Assembly (NCBI RefSeq): GCF_001194135.2 | Contig: NC_068998.1 | Location: forward strand, 17,838,631 to 17,902,630 | Length of the DNA: 64,000 bases | Source of the DNA: Octopus bimaculoides | Lineage: Eukaryota | Reading direction: 5' to 3' | In this document: piece after piece, positions 1-12,743 of the stretch | How positions within the stretch are numbered: position 1 is the first letter of the stretch | Layout: each line of letters opens with the position of its first letter | Notes under the pieces: model-generated | Databases searched by the model: none | The model's input: the letters and a program-made list of their open reading frames with translations, nothing else | What the model was told of the DNA's origin: nothing | Translations under genes and position numbers: made by a program

Positions 1-88
<88 letters not shown>
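1..88. repeat. (AT)n microsatellite
   Basis: Perfect AT run. Many other (AT)n, (CA)n, (GA)n, (CAT)n and (TATG)n runs occur in the window, often bordering N gaps. Confidence 0.95.
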
Positions 89-90
<2 letters not shown>

Positions 91-94
91 TTAT

Positions 95-275
95 TTTTTA
101 CTTGTTTCAGTCATTTGACTGTGGCGATGCTGGAGCACTGCATTGAAGAGAATGACCCCAGGACTTATTTGTTAAGCCCAGTACTTATTCTATTGGTTTC
201 TTTTTGCCAACACTGGTTGTCAAGTGGTGATGGGGAAGGGGGGCAAACACAAATACAAAGACACACACATGGTAT
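95..275 (-). mobile_element. 3' part of the same SINE family
   Basis: Reverse complement of the tail: TTTTACTTGTTTCAGTCATTTGACTGTGGCGATGCTGGAGCAC. Confidence 0.75.
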
Positions 276-796
276 GGCAGAAAGGTTGCTCCAATTTCAA
301 AGGTTAATAAAAAACAAACACATGAAGATACAAGCATTTATTTCTCCTTAACTACTTACCAAAAAGAAAGGAAACAAGTTAAAACTTCCAAACCTGTCTC
401 AGTTTAACTTAATCTAGAAGGGATTGCCTTCCTTATAATTGCTAACCATGACCTGTATAAATTTATTGTTCTAACATTTAGTTCTTTTTTCAAGAAAAAT
501 TTATCTAAAGAAGTTTGAATACTCTTCTGCTTTCTGTTCAAAATATCTCCTGTTGTGGCTCATTGCATTGTCGATCATTTCATGAATTTGTTTTTTTAAC
601 AAGAAAATTTTTTTTTATACTTTGAAAATAAAAAGCAATCTCATCATCATTGAAGATCTGACTGTCAGCATAGCTTTCTTCTTCTCTAAGCCTTTGAAAT
701 TCTAGTTTAAATCTTTTTGGCAGATTCTTTATGATCACAGAGAGATTTACTTAGAATTTCCTGATTTCTAAAGTTTAAACTATGCAGAGCTCACTG

Positions 797-847
<51 letters not shown>

Positions 848-3800
848 TTTGACATGGAATTTGTTGAAGGAAACATGTTTCTATGAGAAATTGGAAACAT
901 TATTTGCATCATGATGACATATTTATAATATTGAATCAAGACAAGGGGGACCTCCCCACACACACCCACACAATGGGTTTCTTTCAGTTTCCATCTTCTA
1001 TCTACCAAGTCTATTCACAAGGCTTTGGTTGACCTATGCTACAGTAGAAGACACTTGCTCAAGGTACTCTGCAGTGGGACTGAACCTGAAACCACTCTAG
1101 GAAGCTGCTTCATTGTATCCATTCAAGGTTGAAAATATGCTCAAACCTTTTGATTTAATACTGTAGGTACTCAGTGCAATGTGGCTCTGATTGCAGTTAT
1201 AAGCATTCCATTTCAATAATTTTATTCCAATTTTGAGTCAGTTGCATTGCTTTTGAAGCTGTCTGTCCTTTTATCTTCAGTTTGCTTTGAAATGGTGCAT
1301 ACAATTGCCTTATTCATTTCAAATGAGTCGGCAATCCCTGATTTTCTTTCTAATACCGTTATTACTTTTAACTATTTCAGGCTTCTTATCTAAAAGGAAA
1401 GCTTTTTGCTTTCATTTTTCCTCTTATGCGTTGCTAATAGGAAAAATATTCTGAATAATATGGAAAAGTAAGTGATGTCATGAAGAGGAGTGAAAAAACT
1501 GAAATGATGAGGGCTTCCGCCATTAGCTGTTGATATGGTTATGAAGTATGTTTGCTATGAAATTAGAAATTTTTTTTTTTTTTTTACACCAGACTGTCAT
1601 CATCATCTAACATCCACTTTTCCATGCTTGCATGGCTCAGATGGATGCCCTCTCTATCACCAACCAAGCATGGTAATGTTTTCCATAAGCAGACCTGTTT
1701 TTTCACGGAAGAATTAAAATAAACAGTATTTCTTTTATGATGGTGATATTTGTTTACAACCATCACAAGGGAACGTGTGCACACACACACACATACTTGC
1801 ACATAACAGGCTTCTTTCAGTTTCTGCATACCAATCTACTCAAAAAGTTGTGGACAGCCCAAAGCAATAGAAGGCACTTGCCAAATGTGTTACATAGATT
1901 GAACTTGAGACCACCTGGTTGGGAAGCAAGCTTTTTAATCACAAAGCTACACTTGCACCTATGCTGTATGAAATTTATCTTGTTGTCATCATCATCATCA
2001 TCATCATCGTCCGTTTTCCATGCTGGCATGCCAGTCCCCAGTCAAACTGTCCAACCCATGCTGGTTAATTTTTATTAAGATGTTAGGTACAATAAGAGGG
2101 AGGTTCATTTGTTACTCTCTGCAGATTGATCATTGTATAGGTTCCTTCATTGGTTTGTCCATTCAGTGTTGAAAACAGCTATTTTAGGGTTGATATTTTT
2201 TTTTAACTGTATATCCTCTCCTTGGTAAATATTCCCTTTTGACTAATGAAAAGAAATTGATTTTTGGGGAGTTAAATAAACACAAATTGAATAAGGTATG
2301 TTTTCAAGGCACTAAGGTAGACACTATTAAATTCATACAATACTATTGTATAAGCTAAGGCTCCTAGCTTATTGAGTGTGATGCTTGCTACTACTTAAGT
2401 TAACATTTGTTTTCATTTACCTCATTATTATGGACAATGATTAATTCATAATTTCTCTACTGATGCTAAGAAAAATATTTTGTATGTGAGATAAGCTAAT
2501 ACTTCTTCAATTTTGTTTTCTATTTCTTTTTCCATGGTTTTGTAAGATAATGTTTTTTAATATTTGTTTTTGTTAGAACATCTGTTTTTAAAGAATAGAA
2601 CTTGTTTCCTGTTAGTCAAACAACAGTAAGCATTGATTCTTTGTTTAGGAGCACAAATTAGCTTTAGTAAAATTTGAACCTATGACCATATAGTCAGAAG
2701 TCTTCATAGGCATTGTGCTTTAATCTTTGATGTATTAGATGTTTTCCTTCTAAGTGATATTTTCTGCATCACCTACAAGCTGGTTTCTGAGATATAAGAT
2801 CACTAATTATTAAAAACTCATGAGTTTGTATCTACTGCTGGCTTTTCAAAGTAACTCTGGACAAAATATAGAATTGTGTGCCTCTTTTCATCTAACTCTG
2901 AAGAATGAGTACCTGGCTTTTTTGTAGGCAAATTACCTGCAATATGCTTACGTCTTATCCAGGTATAATTTTACCTTTCATCTGCTTAATATTACAGGGA
3001 TCAGGTTAAAGCACTGACCTTAAGGATTGTTATAATCTGTCTATGAAGAGGATTAATTTTGAATGAAGCTTAATAGTGTTGCACTACTTCTAATGGACAT
3101 TTTATTTTGTAAACTTTTCTGTGAATGGGAAATTTTAAGATTATCCTTTAAGATTTAGGGTAGCTATTTCATGAACTACCTATTTTTTTTTGTTTGCAGG
3201 GGTGTGTGATTAAGAATTTCATTGTTATTGTTTGTCTTTCTTTATTTTTTTCTTTTAAATTAATGAATGCATTTTCATTAACTATTGTGGTACTCTCTCC
3301 ATATAAATCTTTCCTGTTAGAGATTTTGATGAAATACAGTTAATCCAGTATAAAAATATTGACAGGATAACTAGTGCATGAATTTAGTCAAAATATTCTG
3401 GTACAATGTGATGATCATTGGTGTACCTTGTGATTGTGATTTTTACCTGTTACTATGTCCTTTCACCTTCCATGGTAGGTTGAATAAAGTGGATGACATA
3501 TGTTTTCAACTATTTTTACAAGATATTGATTCATGTGCATGGATTCCATAATAAATAAATAACAATAAATTAATCATTAATAAATAATATCACCAAAATG
3601 TAGCTCACTGCTTGCAGTATTAGCCACCATTCAGCTGGCAAATTGAAGGGAGAAAAATTCAGGGAAACTCCCTTAATAAAACACACACACACATGCATGC
3701 ACACGCGTGCACACACACACACACACACACACACAGTGTGTAAACAGGAAGTCCTTTGATAGCAAGTTCTTTCTAAAATAAGGTTAAATTTTGTTTCTTG

Positions 3801-4614
3801 CACAGAAGATTTTTACCACTGAAAAAACAATACTATTTCAACAACCGTTTCCTGTAGTTCAGGATATGGTGATGCATGTGGATATCTGCAGTATAGGACT
3901 TCGTGAGTTAAATTATTCATTCATCGGAGTGGTAACAAATACTAATGAATTATTGACTGAAAATCTAGCAAACTGACTCTGTAATATCTTTACATTTTCA
4001 TTTTTCTTTTTTATAACCCATCTAGGAAGTAGTTATTATTCCCAGTTCATAATATTGCATCATAGGAACTTTGAAAAACCTGCCAACTTCAGCACTTGTA
4101 ACACTATAAAGTGAATATAAAGTTCTCTCTCTCTTTTTACTATTGGCATTCAGTTGCTTTGATACCGAAGCCTAGTGGTAAATGTTTGTATCAATAGTAT
4201 GAAGTTTGATTAGTTGTTCAAATAAGAATCAGTCTCTTGTTTTATTTCATATTCACCTTGTATTGTGACTGTGCAGGATGAATTTGGGTTAGATGCTATG
4301 CTAACCAATAGCTATTCAGATAGGTGTAATTAATAGTTTCACGTTTAAAATTTAATGTGAGTAACCATATGTTGCTATGAAAGAAATATTTGTGTATTTG
4401 GCACACCTTTATTAATGTTTGAAAGGTTAAATCAGTGAATGCATATCTAATGCTTGGAATATTGAATAACTGGAGAAGGATCAAATGTGCATGAAAAAAA
4501 TATCAGTCAATAACTGATATCTTTCACTTCTGACAAGTATGGGAGACGACTGTGGGAATGTTTTAGCATTGAAGGGTATCTTCAGTAGAAGCACAGTTTG
4601 GCTGTAATCATAAT

Positions 4615-5950
4615 AAACATCATCATTTTTTTTACATCTGTTTTTTAACATGCTTACACAAATTTGATGGGTCTTCTCCAGAGTCTCACCAATATAGCAA
4701 TCCTTTGTCATATCTCTTTGTATGATTCAGCTTCTTGATCAGCTTTCACCACTTTTTTCTTGTGTCTTCCTCAGTCTTTTCCCATTTGGATCATTTGGCA
4801 CTTCTTTACTCTACTTATCTCTTGCACATTACATCTGATTCTTTTTATATCCAGTTTGTTTTTTCTGTTTATTTATATTCTTTCATTCGTGGAAAACACC
4901 ATATAACTGATGGGGCTTGCTAGCCTCTTTTTTTAAAATTTTTATTTTTTGCAGCTTTTTCACACCCTCCACATTCAATGTCCATGGTTTACTGCATCAT
5001 ACAATCTGTCTTCCACTCATAGGAAGAATGCCTTGTTGCCAGCAGAAGTTATAGATTCTTGAACTTCTTCCGCTCTGTTTTTCTCTCTTTCTTCTCTACT
5101 TTTGGTACAGTTATTTCCAATGGTTATTAAGGTCACCTGGGTAACAGGAGCTATCAACAATATCTGTGGAGCCTTCCATGCATTTGAAAAGAATTATTTT
5201 ATTGGCATTCTTACTGATAACTAATCCTGTGCATCGATGTACAAAGTCTTTCATCCCTGTCAGCCTGCTGTGATCTTACTGCACTTCTTGTGCACCCATA
5301 AATTAGACTGGATACAATATATAGATATTTTACTACTTTCAGTATATCAATCATGCCACTTCATAGAGGAGTTTTGTCATCTTTCATACTGATTAAAACT
5401 TTTGTCTTTGCTAGGTTCACTTTGAGGTGTCTCAGTTTTAAGCTTTGCTTCCACATCTGGAATTCCTTTATATCTCTGAGAGATTGAGTGATGAAAGATT
5501 CCTATGTCCTGTTAGTTTGAGATTCTTCTGTTATATCCTGGAAATGTATTAAATGAACAGTTGGGGCTTAGAACCAAGCCCTGATGAACACTTACCTGTA
5601 CCTCAAATTTCTTTCTGAGTTCATTGCCAATTCTCTTCTTGTTGACAATATCTCTGTATATGGCTTTCATGGCTCTCAATCCATTCATCTACAGCTAGTT
5701 TTTTTAGCAACCACCATACTACAGAGTGAGGTACTTAGTCAGAAGTCTTCTCCAGGTTGATGAATGATAGGTATAGTGGTTTATTCTTATCTAAGAGCTT
5801 TTGCAGTTGTCTCACTTGCATGAGGTCCTTGGTAGTTCATTGTCTTGCCACAAATCCAAACTTCATCACATCTAATTCTCTTCCTTATCAGTTGTGCTAT
5901 GTAACTCCTTGTTGCTTTCATGATTTGGTCCATTAGTTAGTTGTTTCTAG
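4615..5950 (-). mobile_element. Decayed RTE-clade LINE, RT domain to 3' tail
   Basis: Minus-strand peptides with stops and frameshifts: DVMKFGFVA, KNKPLYLSFINLEKTSD, VHQGLVLSPQLFI, LKVNLAKTK, YCIQSNLWVHKKCS, DIVDSSCYPGD, KDRLYDA, MTKD..LEKT. Ends in an (ATG)n-like tail. Confidence 0.85.
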
Positions 5951-6592
5951 TTGTTTTAACTTACCAAAAATGTTAGTGAATACAAAATATATATATGTTG
6001 GTTCAGCATGAAAAAATTATTACTTACAATTTAAGTAAATCTAAGACATCATGTGCTTGATGAATATTAATAAATGAGTAAAAGTATATTAATACTTCGA
6101 CCATCAGAACCTATTGTATGATGAATACAATAAAATCAGAGAAAAAAACAAGTCAGATTATATTTGATTGGCTAACTCAGTGCACGCTATATCCTGTCTC
6201 AGACTTAAAGTTGTCTTATCACTGCTTAATCTTCAAACTTCACATTGTTATTTCTTTTCTAAAAAATAAGATACACTCCCTTCCCCAAACAAAATGAGAA
6301 AACGCTGTGGAAACACTAAGTGCTATGTCGTTTAATCATAACTTCTGATTGCTTTAATGCAACTGCGGTTTCAAGAGCTGTTCATTACACATTACAGTTC
6401 ATCAGAAGCAAGTTTGTGGTGTTTTTGTTAATTTGTCATGTTTGTGCTTATGGAAATTTGTGCAAATGAATATCAAAAATATAAGAACAGTATTAAAGAA
6501 GTGATTTTTTAAATTCTCAATTGCAGAATAATGCTAATAATATAGCCTGAACAGGATAAACTACCCCTATTTTGCAGAGAAAAGTGTAGGTG

Positions 6593-6665
6593 GCTAGCTG
6601 TGGACTCAAACTCACATCCCCGTGATTACGCGTCACGATGCTTTGACCGATTAAGCTAAACTACC
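6593..6665 (-). pseudogene. Degenerate tRNA-like sequence (anticodon loop reads CGT/Thr-like), tRNA pseudogene or repeat head
   Basis: Acceptor G(G)TAGTT/AGCTAGC, D arm GCTT..AAGC with A box TAGCTTAATCGG, anticodon arm CGTGA-CGCGTAA-TCACG, T arm GTGAG-TTTGAGT-CCAC. Mutated B box and U33 argue against a functional tRNA. Confidence 0.6.
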
Positions 6666-7440
6666 CACTACAAATTCCTCTGCAAATTTAAGATATATAA
6701 AAGTATTATGTAGTTAGTTGAAATGTGCTCAATCTTTTATAATAGCATACTGTTTATACATTTGAGAGGATACTGCTGCTACACACAATCACCTTAAACT
6801 ACAAATAGCCATATGTATATAATACATTGTTGATTGGCATGTTACTGTGGTATTTGTCCAGAGATAACATTCTCATGGACATACTGTGTTTAAAAACACA
6901 ATATGTATCAAAGTGAGATGAAAATTATCTCAGCAGTGGTCAGTGAGAATGCCTGATACATTATGACCTTATCAATGGCATGTACTCATAGCCAGCCACA
7001 TGCCTAAACAAAATTTGTCACCTCCAATATATAGGAAACAATGAATAAAACAGTCACTGGCATTGCAGATAGTTTCCTGGATATTGAACTACATTTGAAA
7101 GAAAGCCATTCTGTTGATGGCTAAAGATGCACTAATCAGCTCTTTAACACCACCAATCCACAACCATACTGTCTCTTCTATGGTTCTTAAATTGTATTGC
7201 AGTTCTTCAACCCACCATCCGATGCATTATCTCTTCTTCTGAAGAGCAGCACTAAACATTTTGTCCTACTATTTCTTCCTTGTGAAATTCCCACTTCATC
7301 CTTCTTTTCCCTATAAATGTTATTCTGTAGAAGATCAAACTGAACATAAGCTATATCAGTCTTACTATTTAGAAAGGTATGAAAAATATCACAGGTGCTG
7401 TCCCTTTTCTGATTCATTAAAAAAAGAAAAAAAAAAGTCA

Positions 7441-7795
7441 ATAGGGCATGGCGTTGTGCTTAAGAAGCTCACTTTGCAAATATGTGGTTTTGGGTTCAGT
7501 CCCACTCTTTGGTAAAAGTGTCTTGTGCTACAGCCTTGGGCTATAGTGAATTAGGCAGACAGAAACTATGTGAAAACTTGTCGTGTATGTGTGTGCGTGT
7601 CTTTGTGTTTGTCTTTATGACCACTTGACAATGGTGTTGGTTTGTTTATGTCCCTGTAACTTCAGGAATAGAGATCAATAGAATAAGTACCAGACTTAAA
7701 AAAGTAAGTACTGGGGTTAATTTGTTTGATTAAACTCTTTAAGGTGTTGCCCCAGCATGGCTGTAGTCTAATGACTGAAACAAGTAAAAAGAAGG
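7441..7795 (+). mobile_element. tRNA-derived SINE (GACTGAAACAAGTAAAA tail family), near full length
   Basis: Head GGGTTCAGTCCCACT, body GCAAGTGTCTT..GAAACT, (TG)n, tail CCAGCATGGC..ATGACTGAAACAAGTAAAA. Many copies in the window. Confidence 0.8.
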
Positions 7796-8532
7796 CAAGT
7801 CACTACTCTGAATTAGCAAACTTTTTCTTTTGTAATCTCTGTTATTTCTCTCCCCTGTCCAATCTTGTGTGTTATATCTTATCTTATCTCTTTACTTCCC
7901 ATAACCGGAAACTTACAGAAGTCCCTCACAGCCTAGGGTTATTCCTCCTCCACCAAAAAAACAAAACAAAAAAAAAACAAAAAACAAAAAAAAAAAAACA
8001 AACCCCAGTGTCTTCAGATGTTGAACCTGAAATGCCTGCAAGGGTTATAGGCATGACTGCCCCCTCTTCTTCAGACTAGTATGCTATCACTTGACCCACT
8101 AGACATATTTGTCAAATCTCCCTTGAAATTGCACTCGAGCCATTTAAAAAAAGTCAACGAATATATCAATTGGTACAGATATGAATATACAAAAAGATGA
8201 AAGGGCCAATCTGCTCTATCGGATCTCACCTTAAGCTTAACAACTGCAATAATTAAAGTTGTAAAAGCTACTTGCGTTGTGTCTTTAATGACTGTTGACT
8301 AAAATTTAACATGTTTTCGCACCCATTTATCACAGGGAGATATATTTAAAGTCTTACTCACTTAGATTGCATACCAAATTACCTTTTCTGACGATAGTTG
8401 AGCTGTTATTGATTGCTAGTTACTTTCTTTTTATTGACACACATATATATGTGCCACTTGTAAAGAGTTCTCTTTCAATTGAATATTTGTATGGTACAAT
8501 ATTTATATTATTATATTTTTTCTGCCTGATCG

Positions 8533-8628
<96 letters not shown>

Positions 8629-9356
8629 TATATAGATATATAGATATATATATATCTTACACTCAGGCTGCATATTTTATGCTTGAAGAAAATTGGAAAC
8701 AATAGCTGAAATATCGGTCAAAATATCACAGGATATAGACTGTGTTATGACAAACTATTCAAATATTTCTCTGATAAAGGTTAGTTCGTTAATCCTGTCG
8801 TATAGAGGTGAGTTGGTTCTGTGGTTGGGGTGTTGGATTCTTGGTCAGTAGATTAATAGAATAGATTTAATGTTGTTAGAAGATTGTTAGTAGATTGATA
8901 GAATAGATTTAATGCTACAAATGTTGTTCTTATAATAGAGAATATATGACACTCTATTTACACGATTTTTGGTTTGGTACTAGGTTTAGCACTATGTACG
9001 CATAAGTAAATAGTTTATTCAGTTTCATGTGGGAGTGCTACTTTGAAAACATGTAGTGAATGTCTCAAACAAATGAAAAACATAATTCCCACAATTGGCT
9101 GCAGTAATAACGGCATCTTTTGGTGCCAAAAGTTAACACCAGATGATTAAAGACACCAAAAAAAAAAGTCTCTTAGTGATTCTACAACCCAAAGCCCTAG
9201 GTATAGTTTAGATGGTTGCTTTTCAACCTCTGCATTCTAGGTTCAGTTCCACTGCATGGCTCCTTGGGCAAGTGTATTCTACTATAGCTCCAGGTTGACC
9301 TCTACCTTGTGAGTTGATCTGGTAGAAATTGAAAGACGCCTTGTGTGTGTGTGTGT

Positions 9357-9571
9357 GGTGGGGGAGTGAAAAGTTCTTGGCTTTAAGGGTATCGCAATAG
9401 GCTCGGTTGAAGGCTCAACCTTCTGAGTTCTTTTACAGGGCTTAGAAAAACTGAAGGACCACTGCAATAAGTATGTGGATCTGAGAGGGGAATATGTTGA
9501 ATAAAATCATAATTAATTGATACTCCTGTATTTTCTTTTACCCAAAACCAGAAACTTTTCAGCACCCCCCC

Positions 9572-9573
<2 letters not shown>
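9357..9573 (+). mobile_element. Mariner-derived MITE (~215 bp), copy 1
   Basis: TIR GGGGAGTGAAAAGTTCTTGGCTT / AAACCAGAAACTTTTCAGCACCCCC. Interior encodes QGLEKLKDHCNKYVDLRGEYVE*, resembling a mariner transposase C-terminus. Confidence 0.85.
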
Positions 9574-9632
<59 letters not shown>

Positions 9633-9716
9633 TACACACACGTGCGTACATGTGTGTTACCGTCTCCTTGTCTTGGCAGCATATGATGGTTGTAAACATC
9701 TGTCGCTGTCATATAA

Positions 9717-9758
<42 letters not shown>

Positions 9759-9768
9759 NNNNNNNNNN

Positions 9769-9812
<44 letters not shown>

Positions 9813-10634
9813 GTGTTACACTGTCGCCTTGTCTTGATGTGATGGTTGTAAACAGTGATGGTCAGCAATTTGTCTGACCCATGCAAACATGGATGTTAAA
9901 ATGATGACAGTGACTCATTGAGAACAATAGTTTAATGAAAATATAATATCCATTATGTTATATTATTTTTTTTAACATTTTATTTTTAAATTTGTCTTAG
10001 ATACATTGTACCATTGTAGTCAATAGATAAATACTATGTACAATAGAATCCAGGTATAAGCCAATAAAGAATCATCTGTTTTCTTGTAGTGGTGTGGAAG
10101 GATTTTTTTCTTTCTAAATTCTAATACCACATTAACTTTCTGAAAGAATTATGCTATTTTTGTTTTAAAGAACAGATGCTGTTTCTCATCTCTCCTGCCA
10201 GTAGTGTTTGTAGAAACAGTAAGTCACTTATCCATTGATAACTTTACCTCAATGTCATCAGTTGGAAATGTATTTTGTTTGGCAGAACATATTTTTATGG
10301 CTCTACACCCTTCTAAGCACTGTGTAAAAACTCTCTTTGTTGCATCATGAATACTAAAGAGGTTACCTTCTAAGATTTAAGAGTCTTCTTCACTCTGGGT
10401 ATAATTTTATTTGGATTAGGTGCTTATCTTTTGTTTGTTCTTAAGAGTTAATTTTTCTTTTTACCTTTTTAAGAGGAGAGATAAAAGAATCACAGGCAAC
10501 GTAGTAGGCATAAAAAGATTGCAATGAAGTGCTGTTCCCCTCTCTATCTTTGTGCATATCAGAGAGTATCTGCAAATGAGGAAAACTGTAAAACTGTGTG
10601 CATTGTTGTAAAGAATAAAATAAAGTGATATATA

Positions 10635-10894
10635 TAGGGGTTAGACAAAATAATGGAAACACCTTAAAATTTCAAACAAATTTATTGTAATATGAGGTAG
10701 GACCACCTTTGGCAGTAATTACAGCTTTAATTCTATGAGGTATGGACTTGTACAAAGTTTGAATTGTTTCCAAAGGAATTTTTGTCCATTCTTCAGCTGG
10801 AACAGTCTCCAGTTCTTGTAGTGATGATGGTGGAGGATATCAACTCTTTACTTGTTTTTCTAAAATGCACCATAAATGATATTGAGATCTGGGG
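10635..10894 (-). mobile_element. Tc1-family transposon, right end
   Basis: Minus strand SPDLNII..LWCILEKQVK..PPPSSLQELETV.AEEWTKIPLETIQTLYKSIPHRIKAVITAKGGPTSY. TIR-like (C/T)AGGGGTTAGACAAAATAATGGAAACAC preceded by TA. Confidence 0.8.
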
Positions 10895-10895
10895 A

Positions 10896-11478
10896 AAGGA
10901 AGCTATGAATGATGAAGGAAAATTGGTGGAGTGATAGATGCAATGAAATCCAAGAAGCTTCAAATGCTAACAATTCCAAACTTTTTTTACTCTCTTTTGA
11001 AAAAAGTTTATGGATCAGTTTCATCAAAGGTTGCACCACTTCGGAGCAAGGATGGCACAGAATTATTAACAAATCCTAAAGATATTGTTGGGAGATGGAA
11101 AGAACATTTTGATGAGTTGCTCAGTAGACCTACTGAAGTTGATCTCTCTTTTCTTGATAATATACCCGAGAGACCAATAAAACATCTTATAGCAGAAGTT
11201 CCAAATCTGGTTGAAATAAAAGCAGCAATCAGGAAATTGAACACTGGAAAGGACCTTGGTATGGATGGACTAGGTGCAGAGATATATGAATATGGTGGTG
11301 ATCATATTTGCGCAATGTTGACAGGTGTAATTCAGAGGCTTTGGCAAAGTGAAGAGGTTCCTCAGGATTGGCGTGATGTAACTATGGAGATACTATATAA
11401 ATCTAAAGGTGGAAAGGATTTCTGTGATAATTATCGCGGCATCTGTCTGTTAGCTGTTGATGGAAAGTTCTTACTAAC
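10896..11478 (+). mobile_element. RTE (BovB/RTE-1-like) LINE internal fragment, linker to start of RT
   Basis: ORF 10931-11560: FYSLLKKVYG..PLRSKDGTELLT..IVGRWKEHFDELL..EIKAAIRKLNTGK..GMDGLGAEIY..VPQDWRD..LYKSKG..CDNYRGICLL..GK. Typical RTE pre-RT motifs, distinct from the PHD-bearing family. Confidence 0.9.
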
Positions 11479-12522
11479 CACTTCACGGAAATATAAAGGA
11501 AGATTAGATTTAATTTGCCTTCCATATGGAATAACAAACCAAGCACCAGTCAAATTGTAAGTGGAACTATCTCTAAAGAACATCGTATTCCNNNNNNNNN
11601 NNNNNNNNNNNNNNNNNNNNNNNNNNNNNNNNNNNNNNNNNNNNNNNNNNNNNNNNNNNNNNNNNNNNNNNNNNNNNNNNNNNNNNNNNNNTCTATGTGT
11701 ATATGTGTATGTATATATGTGTGTATATATGTGTGCTCAGAAATCGTCTAAGCGATGGTGACAGTGATTGAAGGTTGATGTGACATAGAAACAATAAATA
11801 TTTTGCTTACATTAGTTGGGGAAAATGTTTATTTACATTAGGCGTAAGTATCGTTCACTTTTGATGAGACTAGCTCAGTGAAATAGAATCAGTTTACCAA
11901 TTGCTTGGTATTGTCCTTCACATAATGTTACTGATAGTAAAAATGAAATGAAATGAAATAAAATACCCTGTCCTCCCCCAAAAAACAAACTTGATGCCAG
12001 TTATAAAACTGGACTAATTACCCATATCTTAATTAGATTTTATCAAGATTATCTTTTCTATTTAAATTGCAAACCAAATTCAATTAATGAAACTGATTAC
12101 CCTTCCAAATTTACTCCTGCTAGTGGTATGAGAATATTTACTATTTATAACTATTCTGGTAGTAAATACCTTCTTATGTCATTTAAGTGAAAGAATCATT
12201 TTAAAGTATACAAAAAGAAAGTAATTTGAATATTAATATTTTAAAGTGGTTGTGTTGTCAGAAAATTTTCCAATTCTACTATTTGCTTTGAACACAGGTT
12301 ATCTTTTGCATTTTTAAAAATAATTTTCAAAAAATATTTCACATTATTCCATGCCTGCATGGATGTGAGGTTTTATTTGTCACAGTTGTGTTGAACAACT
12401 GCATTCTTTTGCTACACAATTACCTACTGCTAACTCATTAAGCTTAACTCTCTTGATATTAATTAGCGACTATTTCTAATTCCATAATATAAAGCCACCT
12501 GTTTTATAATGGTGATATCTAA

Positions 12523-12743
12523 CCCTTTAGCATTTAAACTGGCAATGTCTGGCCAAAATATTCTACCTGTTTAATGTACAAACTGGCCTGATCTGACCTC
12601 TTACACCTACCCTATAATTTTGTTTTAAAGATAAATAAATCACATCATCGAAATGTTTAAGCTCCGAGATAATCCATGATTAATTCAAAACAATGTAAGT
12701 AGATAAGCATTACATGTGACAATATAATCTGAATGCTAAAGGG
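12523..12743 (+). mobile_element. ~220 bp piggyBac-type MITE, copy 1
   Basis: TIR CCCTTTAGCATT / AATGCTAAAGGG flanked by CTAA and TTAA. Homologous to 29923-30142 and 43423-43631. Confidence 0.85.

Noticed and set aside
2928-2962. 35 nt candidate exon (ttttgtag..CAG|gtataa)
   Set aside because: No recognisable peptide; cannot be tied to the gene.
8000-8350. Probable interspersed repeat with CTGAAGA motifs on the - strand
   Set aside because: Single copy in the window, no GAAA or stem arrangement for a hammerhead, and no ends could be defined.
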